A DNA stretch of 64,000 nt from Clostridia bacterium. Its GTDB lineage: Bacteria > Bacillota > Clostridia > Christensenellales > CAG-138. The position numbers were made by a program, and so were the translations under genes. Below the pieces are notes generated by a model, which ran no database searches, had not been told where the DNA came from, and saw only the letters and a program-made list of their open reading frames with translations. The stretch covers positions 1,344 through 65,343 of the forward strand of contig JAFPWD010000001.1 of the NCBI GenBank assembly GCA_017395105.1, in the 5' to 3' direction. Below, in pieces: positions 47,105-55,008 of this stretch; within the stretch, counting starts at the first letter, position 1, and the number at the start of each line of letters is the position of its first letter.

Positions 47105-50083
47105 ATGAAGAAAATCTTCGCATTCGTGATCGCAGTCGCAATGGTTCTTTCCCTTGTAACCGTTCCCGCGATCGCAGAGACCCGCAAAGTCACCCCGTCC
47201 ACCGCGACGATGACTTTGCCCCGTGAATCCACCCGCGATGCAGCCAACCTCGATGAGGCGCTGAACGTTCCGGGCGGCAACCTCGTTTTCACCTCCGAGG
47301 GACAGTATCCTTGGGTAGTTGAAGGCGATGCGGCTAAGAGCAGCAACGCGGGCGTTGCAAGCTCCACCTCCGCCGTCAGCACCACCGCGACTGCGGCTGC
47401 AGGCGATATCGTGCAGTTCGATTTCAAGGCATGGGGCGAAGGCTCCAGCATGTACTGGGACAAGTGCGAATTCGCCATCGACGGCAGCGTTGTTTTCAGC
47501 AAGGGTGCTTATGCAAACGTAGACTGGGAAGCTTTCTCAACCGAGCTCACCCCCGGTTCCCACACCCTGACCTGGTCCTACACCAAGGACAGCAGCGTCA
47601 ACCCCAACGGTGACTACTTCGCGGTTGATAACGTTTACGTTGGCCAGCCCGTCATGGCTGAGTCCATCAACGTTGATCCCGTAAGCGTTCCCGAAGGCCG
47701 CAGGGCTACCGTTTCCTACGAGGTACTTCCCGCTGCTGCTTTCGACAAGAGCGTTACCTTCTCCATCGCCGATACTTCCATCGCGACCGTTGATGCAAAC
47801 GGCGTTGTGACCGGCGTTGCCGAAGGCACCACCACCATCACCGTTACCAGCGCCGCGGTTCCCACCGTTTCCGGCACTGCTGCCGTCACCGTAACCGAGG
47901 CTCTTCCCGCCGTCAACCTCGAGGGCTATGCGACCTTTGATCTCGCTTCCTCCGGCCTTGAGGGCAACTGGATCGGCTTCGCCGATTACGATCCCGCAAC
48001 CGTAAGCGTTCTCGCTCCCCTCGGCCAGCAGGCTTGGGCAGGCGCATTCGCGGGCGGCAGTGTATACGGCTACATCTACAATGAAGGCGGCGGCAATAAT
48101 TTCTACATTATGGATCCCGAGACCTACACCGTCAGCTTCCCCGGCACCAATGCGGACAGCGTGGGCGGTGTCATCGGCATGGCGTACAACCATGCGAACC
48201 AGACCATGTACGGTCTGAGCACCAACCGCGATATCGTTACCGTTGATCTGGCAACCGGCGTCCCCACCGTTGTGGCACCCATAGACAATGAAAACGTCCT
48301 CCTTCTTCTTGCCATCGATCAGGAGGGCAATGCCTATACCATGACCACCACGGGCAATCTCATGGCGCTCGATCTCACCAACGGTTCCACCGCTGTGATC
48401 GGCTCCACCGGCCTCTCTGCGAACTACGTTCAGTCCATGACCTATGACTTTGACACCGACATGATCTACTGGGCACAGATCTTTGATGACAGCAGCCATG
48501 GCCTCTATGCCGTCAATCCCCAGACCGCGGCTGTTGAGAGCCTCGGCGTTATCGGTTCCGGCGGCGTTGAAGTCGTTTCCATGTACATCAAGAACGATCT
48601 CCCCATCGACGATATCGAGATGCCCGACGTGACCGTTACCTTCGTTGACGGTATCGACAATGCGGTTCTCGGCACTCAGACCGTTGAGGCGGGCACCGTT
48701 CTCGATGAGAGCACCTTCCCCACCGCTCCCGAGCATGAAGGCTTTATCTTCACCGGTTGGGATTACGATGGCGCGGCGGTTTACACCGACACCACCATCA
48801 GGGCTATGTATCAGGATCCCAACGCCACCATTTGGGACTTCGAGACCGATCCCGCCGCTCAGGGCTTCCAGTTCATCGATCAGGATGGCGACGGCAACAA
48901 CTGGACTTGGGTATATCCCGCTCCCGACGGCATGGACTATCATGAGGGCGATGGCCTCATGGTTTCCGAGTCCTTCATCAACAATGTTGGCCCTCTTACC
49001 CCCGATAACTGGCTGGTAACTCCCGCGTTCTCCGGCATCCAGCTCAGCTTCTGGGCACAGGGTCAGGATCCCTCCTACGCTGCTGAGTACATCGGCGTAT
49101 TCGTATCCACCGACGGCGGCAGCACCTGGTCCGATGAGATCTTCAGCTGCACCCTCACCGGCACCGACACTCAGTACGTTGTAAACCTTGCCGACTATGC
49201 CGGTCAGACCATCAAGGTTGCTATCCGTCACTACAATGTAACCGATATGTTCCGTGCAAACGTTGACTACATCGAGGTAAGCGGCGGCGGCTCCGAGCCT
49301 TCCGATCCCACCCCCACCCCCGTTGATCCCACCGAGCCCCCTGTCACTCCCGAACCTGTCACTCCCGAACCTGTCACTCCCGAACCCGTTGATCCCGGCG
49401 AAGGCATCATCTGGGACTTCGAGCAGGATCCCGAGACCCAGGGCTTCGTATTCCTCGATCAGGACGGCGACGGCAACAACTGGACCTGGTGCTATGGCGC
49501 TGAGTTCAGCGATCACACCCACCACGAGGGCAGCGGCTTTATGGCTTCCGAGTCCTACATCAACTATGTTGGCGCTCTTACCCCCGATAACTGGATGGTA
49601 ACCCCCGAGTTCACCGGCACTCAGCTCACCTTCTGGGGCGCAGGTCAGGATCCCTCCTACGCTGCTGAGTACCTTGGCGTTTACGTATCCACCGATGGCG
49701 GCAGCACATGGTCCGATGAGATCTTCGGCTGCACCCTCACCGGCACCGACACCCAGTACACCGTTGATCTGTCCGCTTACGCAGGCCAGACCATCAAGGC
49801 GGCTATCCGTCACTACAATGTAACCGATATGTTCCGCGCTAACGTGGACTACATCGAGGTTCTTGGCGGCGGCTCCGAGCCCATCACCGGCGTTATCGGC
49901 GACACCACTCTCGACGGTGAAGTTACCATCGCTGATGCTATCCTTGCTCTGCGCCACATCATGGGTCTTGAAACCCTGACCGGTGATGCTCTTGCACAGG
50001 CTGATGCGAACCAGGACGGCAACGTTACCATCGAGGATTGTATCCTCATCCTCCGTGCGGCCCTCGGCCTCATCGAGCTGTAA
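47105..50083 (+). CDS. Secreted dockerin protein: shared N-module, Big_2 Ig, propeller-like region, InlB B-repeat, 2 cleaved-adhesin (choice-of-anchor J) domains, dockerin
   Basis: Signal peptide; IATVDANGVVTGVAEGTTTIT; QSMTYD..IYWAQ; EGFIFTGW; DQDGDGNNW/LTPDNW/AIRHYN x2; C-terminal GDTTLDGEVTIADA...DANQDGNVTIED. Confidence 0.88.
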   Translation: MKKIFAFVIAVAMVLSLVTVPAIAETRKVTPSTATMTLPRESTRDAANLDEALNVPGGNLVFTSEGQYPWVVEGDAAKSSNAGVASSTSAVSTTATAAAGDIVQFDFKAWGEGSSMYWDKCEFAIDGSVVFSKGAYANVDWEAFSTELTPGSHTLTWSYTKDSSVNPNGDYFAVDNVYVGQPVMAESINVDPVSVPEGRRATVSYEVLPAAAFDKSVTFSIADTSIATVDANGVVTGVAEGTTTITVTSAAVPTVSGTAAVTVTEALPAVNLEGYATFDLASSGLEGNWIGFADYDPATVSVLAPLGQQAWAGAFAGGSVYGYIYNEGGGNNFYIMDPETYTVSFPGTNADSVGGVIGMAYNHANQTMYGLSTNRDIVTVDLATGVPTVVAPIDNENVLLLLAIDQEGNAYTMTTTGNLMALDLTNGSTAVIGSTGLSANYVQSMTYDFDTDMIYWAQIFDDSSHGLYAVNPQTAAVESLGVIGSGGVEVVSMYIKNDLPIDDIEMPDVTVTFVDGIDNAVLGTQTVEAGTVLDESTFPTAPEHEGFIFTGWDYDGAAVYTDTTIRAMYQDPNATIWDFETDPAAQGFQFIDQDGDGNNWTWVYPAPDGMDYHEGDGLMVSESFINNVGPLTPDNWLVTPAFSGIQLSFWAQGQDPSYAAEYIGVFVSTDGGSTWSDEIFSCTLTGTDTQYVVNLADYAGQTIKVAIRHYNVTDMFRANVDYIEVSGGGSEPSDPTPTPVDPTEPPVTPEPVTPEPVTPEPVDPGEGIIWDFEQDPETQGFVFLDQDGDGNNWTWCYGAEFSDHTHHEGSGFMASESYINYVGALTPDNWMVTPEFTGTQLTFWGAGQDPSYAAEYLGVYVSTDGGSTWSDEIFGCTLTGTDTQYTVDLSAYAGQTIKAAIRHYNVTDMFRANVDYIEVLGGGSEPITGVIGDTTLDGEVTIADAILALRHIMGLETLTGDALAQADANQDGNVTIEDCILILRAALGLIEL

Positions 50084-50116
50084 GATACGATCAGTTCAAT
50101 AGCTGAATAGTTTATC

Positions 50117-50148
50117 GGCGCCCTTTCCCTTCGGGGGAAGGGCGTTTT
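50117..50148 (+). terminator. Intrinsic terminator
   Basis: CGCCCTTTCCC-TTCG-GGGAAGGGCG followed by TTTT. Confidence 0.8.
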
Positions 50149-50362
50149 ATACTATTGGTGAATAGTGAATAGTTAAAGAACCTGCGCGGGAATCTCTGCT
50201 TGGGCTTTTTAAAAGCGAATCGGTCTCCCAAACCGTCTTTTTAGGGGAGAATATAGCAAATAATCGGAATAATTCTTAAATCCGTATTGCAAATTCCGCC
50301 GCCGTTTAGTATACTGATAGAAGCGTATATGAAAAACGCAAATAAACAGCAAGGAGAACCGT

Positions 50363-52042
50363 ATGAAAAGAATCATCGCAACAGTCCTTTCCCTCGTGAT
50401 GCTGCTTTCGCTTGCAAACGTACCCGCGCTTGCCGAGCGTGAAGCCGCGCGCGATGCAGCCGATTTGAACGAGGCGCTGAACGTGCCGGGCGGCACACTC
50501 AGCTTCACAACAGGCGGAGCTTACCCCTGGGTCGTTGCCGGCGATGCCGCGAAGAGCACCAATTCCGGCGTTTCAAGCTCCACTTCCTCCGTTTCAACGA
50601 CCGTTACCGCCAACGCGGGCCAGCTTTTGAGCTTCGATTTCCTTTCCTGCGGCGAAGGCTCGGATGCAAACGCATGGGACGGGCTTCACCTCTACGTTGA
50701 CGGCGAGCTTGCAGCGAAATGGGGCGAGCATTCGGAGTGGGCGCATTTTGAATATGAGCTTACTGCCGGCTCGCACGAGGTGACCTTCACCTTCAAAAAG
50801 GACGGCAGCCTCAATATCGGCGAGGACTGCGCCTACGTTGACAACGTGCAGGTGGTCAGCCCCGTTATGGCGGAGCAGATCGTTGCCGCCGATATCAGCG
50901 TCAGCGTGGGCCGCCGCACCGAGATCGAATACGAGGTTCTGCCCGAGAACGCATTCAATAAGAACGTGACCTTTATGAGCGCGAATCCCGCCGTTGCTGC
51001 CGTCACGGCCGATGGCGTGATCAAGGGCATGGCCGAGGGCATGACCACCGTGACCATTACCAGCGCTGCGGTGCCGAGCGTTTCAACGGATATAACCGTT
51101 ACCGTGACCGAAGGTTTGCCGATCGCAGAGTTTTTCGGCTTTGCGACCTATGATTTCGGCGCGGATCAGAGCAATGATATGAAGTGGGTCAGCTTCACGG
51201 ATGCGGAGCCGGATATCGTGACCGCGTACAACACGATGCCCCATAACGTTTCCGCCGCCGCATACTTTGACGGCAGCGTTTACGGCTATTACTACGACGG
51301 CACGAACGAGGAGCCGATCAGGAACTATTTCGTGATGGATCATGCGACCCGTCAGCTTGAGGAGTACAGCCTCATGCACGATGCCGGCGTTTTTGCGATG
51401 GCATACGACTATACTCGCGGCAATATGTACGCCGTGTGCGGTGAAATGCAGACCCGAAATCTCGGCATTGTCGATCTTGAAACGGGCGAGATCGAGTACG
51501 TCGGCGAGCTGACCGCGCCGATGATGATGACCTTCGCTATCGATGCAAACGGCGTGGGCTACGGGCTTACGATGGACGTGAACAGCGCGAAGCTCTACCG
51601 CGTGGATCTCGAAACCGCCGAATGCACTCTTGTTGGCGAAACCGGTGTTGCGCTTGCTTATCTTCAGTCCATGACCTACGATCACCATACCGGCAAGCTC
51701 TACTGGGCGCAGGTTATCAACACCACGACCGATCACGGTCTGTACTGCATCGATCCCGAAACCGCGCAGGTCGAGTTCATCGGCGTTATCGGCGACGGCA
51801 CCGAGATCACAGGCATTTATACCGTTGCGCAGCCCGATGAAGCCGGAATTCTCGGCGATGCCGATCTGAACGGCAGTGTCACCGTTGCGGATGCGGTGCT
51901 TGCGCTTCGCCATACGACCGGACTCTACGAGCTGAGCGGACGCGCATTCATTCAGGCGGACGTGAACCTCGACGGCAGCGTCACCGTTGCGGATGCGGTT
52001 GCAATCCTTCGCTATGCGCTCGGACTTATAAATAATTTCTGA
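50363..52042 (+). CDS. Secreted dockerin protein: shared N-module, Big_2, propeller-like region, dockerin
   Basis: Own promoter TTGCAA-17-TATACT (50287-50315); GDADLNGSVTVADAV...DVNLDGSVTVADAV. Confidence 0.88.
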   Translation: MKRIIATVLSLVMLLSLANVPALAEREAARDAADLNEALNVPGGTLSFTTGGAYPWVVAGDAAKSTNSGVSSSTSSVSTTVTANAGQLLSFDFLSCGEGSDANAWDGLHLYVDGELAAKWGEHSEWAHFEYELTAGSHEVTFTFKKDGSLNIGEDCAYVDNVQVVSPVMAEQIVAADISVSVGRRTEIEYEVLPENAFNKNVTFMSANPAVAAVTADGVIKGMAEGMTTVTITSAAVPSVSTDITVTVTEGLPIAEFFGFATYDFGADQSNDMKWVSFTDAEPDIVTAYNTMPHNVSAAAYFDGSVYGYYYDGTNEEPIRNYFVMDHATRQLEEYSLMHDAGVFAMAYDYTRGNMYAVCGEMQTRNLGIVDLETGEIEYVGELTAPMMMTFAIDANGVGYGLTMDVNSAKLYRVDLETAECTLVGETGVALAYLQSMTYDHHTGKLYWAQVINTTTDHGLYCIDPETAQVEFIGVIGDGTEITGIYTVAQPDEAGILGDADLNGSVTVADAVLALRHTTGLYELSGRAFIQADVNLDGSVTVADAVAILRYALGLINNF

Positions 52043-52047
52043 TGCTT

Positions 52048-52088
52048 TGCTTTTCCCGCCGCAGTTTTTTTGCGGCGGGAAAAGCTTT
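52048..52088 (+). terminator. Intrinsic terminator-like hairpin
   Basis: GCTTTTCCCGCCGCA...TGCGGCGGGAAAAGC. Confidence 0.7.
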
Positions 52089-52186
52089 ATCAGCCCAAAC
52101 GCAGCGCGGCAGCATTAAGATCTGCGTAATAAAAGCGCGGCGTTCGGGCTAAAACTGCAAAATGCATAAAACACAATGGAGGAACT

Positions 52187-54544
52187 ATGAAAAGACTATT
52201 CGCATTTATTACCGCTGCGCTCCTCGCGCTTGTTTCGCTTCCGTTTGCTTCAAGCGTTACAAGGGCGGAAGCAAACGCCGCTGACGCCGCTTCGCTCAAT
52301 GAGGCGCTGAACGCGGCGGGTGTAAGCCTCAATTATTCGACGGATTCGCAGTATCCCTGGGTGGTTGACGGCGACGCGGCGAAGAGCAGCAACGAGGGAG
52401 TTGCCAACTCCACCTCTTCGGTTTGGACGAATTTCACCTCGGTTCAGGGAGACGTGCTCCAGTTCGACTGGATCAGCATGGGCGAAGGTCCGGATCTTCA
52501 GGATTGGGACGGTCTGCGCGTCTATTTAGACGGCACGAAGATCCTGCACAAGGGCGCGGGTCATCCCGATTGGGAACGCTTCCAAACCACGCTCGAGCCG
52601 GGCGCACATGAGCTCACATTCACTTATAAGAAGGATGGCGGCATCGACCGCGAGGGCGACTTCGCGAAGATAGACAATGTGTACGTCGGAAGGATCGTTA
52701 CGCCCTCATCAATAGCCGTGCAGCAGGTGAACGTTCACGCGGGGCGCACCGAAAGCGTTGTATATACCGTTCTGCCCGATGAAACCTTTGATAAAAGCGT
52801 CACTTTCTCCGTTGCGGACACCTCGATCGCAACGGTGGACGTAAACGGCGTTGTGAACGGCGTAAGCGCGGGCACGACCACGGTCACAGTCACAAGCGTG
52901 GCCGATCCCACGGTTTCGGGAACCGCCGCAGTGCATGTGCTCGATCCGCTAAACAATGCGTATCTTTACGGCTTCTGCCTTTTCGACGTTGGCATGAACG
53001 GCATGGAGGGGCATCTCGTTGGCTTCGACGAGGCTTCGCCCGAAAACATTGAGGACGTGTTCGATCTTGGCGAAACCACCTATTCCTCCGCATACGCGGG
53101 CGGCAAGGTGTACGGCTATCTCTACAACCACAACGCCACCGACACGCGCTTCTTCACTTTGGATACGCAGACATATGAAATCAGCTATCCCGGCGCGAGC
53201 TACGCAACGGGCATGATCGCGATGGCGTTCAACCATGCGGATCAGACGATGTACGGCATAAACGCCGCAACGCCCGCCAAGCTCGTTTCGATAAACACCT
53301 TCAGCGGCATCGTGACCGAGATCGCGCCCATAACCGGCATGAACGGCACGCCGATGACGCTTGCGATCGACCTTGACGGCAACGCATATTTCCTTGAATC
53401 GGTCAACAACGAGGCCGTGCTCTGTCGGCTCGACCTTGCAACGGGCGAAGCCACGGAGGTCGGAGGCACCGGCGTTTCGATGAAATACATTCAGTCCATG
53501 GTCTATGATTTCAATACCGACAAGATCTACTGGGCGCAGAATTATGACACGGAGAAAACCGGACTGTACGTCATCGACCCGCAGACGGCGCAGACCGAAC
53601 CGCGCGGCAAGATCGGCCCGGCAGGCATGGAGCTAACAGGTCTTTACATCAAAAACAATATCCCCGTGGATATTCAGAACCCGAACGTAACCGTCACCTT
53701 CCTCGATAATATCACAAATCTGGTGGTGGAAACGCGCTCGGTGCCGTCGGGCAGCGTGCTCGATCCGGAAACCTTCCCGGTGCCGCCTGCGCACCCCGGC
53801 TTCACCTTCATAGGCTGGAACTACATTGCCGGAACGCCGATCCACAGGGATACGACGATCACCACAAAGTATTACGATCCGCAGGCGACTACGGCGGTGG
53901 TGGTGCTGAACGTTCCAAACGATATCTGGGGCGACGGCTCGGGCTACCAGATGCTCATCGATGCGGATGCGACCGCCTACGGCAACGAGATACCGCTGAC
54001 TAACGGCGCGATTTCTGCGCCGGGAAACGTTCCCGGCTGGATTTACGCTGCGTTCGAGCACAGGATCCCGGAAAACGCCGACGGAGTGCTGACGACGCAG
54101 AATATAGTTGTTCAAAACAGCATTTCCATAGAGATTCCCGCGGGAACCTATGACTGGGTGATAGTGAACCCGGTTCCGAACGACCGCGTCTATATCGCCT
54201 CCGACAACGGCAATGCGGACGGACGCGCGAACGATTTCGTTTTTGAAGCGGGAAAAACCTATACCTTCACGGTTTCCGAATATCATACCTCCGATAAGGT
54301 CGATCTTACGATCACCCTCGGCGGCACGACCCCGCAGCAGCCCATCGGCGAGCCGGGAGACATCGATCTGAACGGCAGCATTACCATCGCGGATGCGGTG
54401 CTCGCGCTCCGCCATGCGCTCGGCCTCATCACGCTCGAAGGTCAGGCGCTCGCAAACGGCGACGTGGACGGCAGCGGCGGCGTTACGGTTGCGGACGCGG
54501 TGCAGATCCTTCGCAGGTCGATGGGACTGATGGATGGCTTTTGA
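52187..54544 (+). CDS. Secreted dockerin protein: shared N-module, Big_2, propeller-like region, InlB B-repeat, gingipain-type DUF2436 domain, dockerin
   Basis: DIWGDGSGYQMLIDADA...IPENAD...TTQNIVV...IPAGTYD...DFVFEAGKTYTF; GDIDLNGSITIADAV...DVDGSGGVTVADAV. Confidence 0.88.
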   Translation: MKRLFAFITAALLALVSLPFASSVTRAEANAADAASLNEALNAAGVSLNYSTDSQYPWVVDGDAAKSSNEGVANSTSSVWTNFTSVQGDVLQFDWISMGEGPDLQDWDGLRVYLDGTKILHKGAGHPDWERFQTTLEPGAHELTFTYKKDGGIDREGDFAKIDNVYVGRIVTPSSIAVQQVNVHAGRTESVVYTVLPDETFDKSVTFSVADTSIATVDVNGVVNGVSAGTTTVTVTSVADPTVSGTAAVHVLDPLNNAYLYGFCLFDVGMNGMEGHLVGFDEASPENIEDVFDLGETTYSSAYAGGKVYGYLYNHNATDTRFFTLDTQTYEISYPGASYATGMIAMAFNHADQTMYGINAATPAKLVSINTFSGIVTEIAPITGMNGTPMTLAIDLDGNAYFLESVNNEAVLCRLDLATGEATEVGGTGVSMKYIQSMVYDFNTDKIYWAQNYDTEKTGLYVIDPQTAQTEPRGKIGPAGMELTGLYIKNNIPVDIQNPNVTVTFLDNITNLVVETRSVPSGSVLDPETFPVPPAHPGFTFIGWNYIAGTPIHRDTTITTKYYDPQATTAVVVLNVPNDIWGDGSGYQMLIDADATAYGNEIPLTNGAISAPGNVPGWIYAAFEHRIPENADGVLTTQNIVVQNSISIEIPAGTYDWVIVNPVPNDRVYIASDNGNADGRANDFVFEAGKTYTFTVSEYHTSDKVDLTITLGGTTPQQPIGEPGDIDLNGSITIADAVLALRHALGLITLEGQALANGDVDGSGGVTVADAVQILRRSMGLMDGF

Positions 54545-54821
54545 TGTCGCTATAGCCGAAACGAGGCGGAGCGGCGCGCCGAGCGCCGCATATCTCAATT
54601 GAAGAAACACATACCGCCTGAAGAAAAACAGCCTGCCGCCGATGCTCGGAAGAGATCGGCGGCTTTTTGCTTTATCCGTATGGAAAAAGGGGCAAATCGA
54701 GCCGAAAACGGGCGGAAATGGCAGCGGCGGAGCCCTGCGTGAAAAATTCTTTAATATAATAACAATTGTGCATACTCGGCGAATTGGTAAAAATTTTTTA
54801 TCCCAAAAGCCGAAAAAACGA

Positions 54822-55003
54822 TTGCAAAATTGACGGCTTTCTGATATACTGCTATCGTATGGATATGTGCGTTCCGAGCAATAACGAAGAAAGCGCGTTC
54901 CGTGCAAAATCAATCCGAAGCTACTGCCGGCTTTGCCGGCTTCATCCGAGGGTGAAGCTTGTAAAGCCGAGCATTAGACTTAAAAAATCTTTGGAAGGAG
55001 ATT
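54822..55003 (+). promoter_or_regulatory. sigmaA promoter and structured leader of the scaffoldin gene
   Basis: TTGCAA-17-TATACT (TG extended); CGAAGCTA, long hairpin, TTAGACTT(A6)TCTTTGGAAGGAGATT. Confidence 0.7.
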
Positions 55004-55008
55004 TACGC

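Noticed and set aside
47537-49957. 806-aa minus-strand ORF
   Set aside because: Mirror frame of a strongly codon-biased gene; no RBS or protein motifs.
54766-55008. N-terminal extensions given by the ORF track (also 46967, 6929, 24790, 39911, 61895)
   Set aside because: Promoters, RBSs and signal peptides point to the downstream ATGs used in the feature list.
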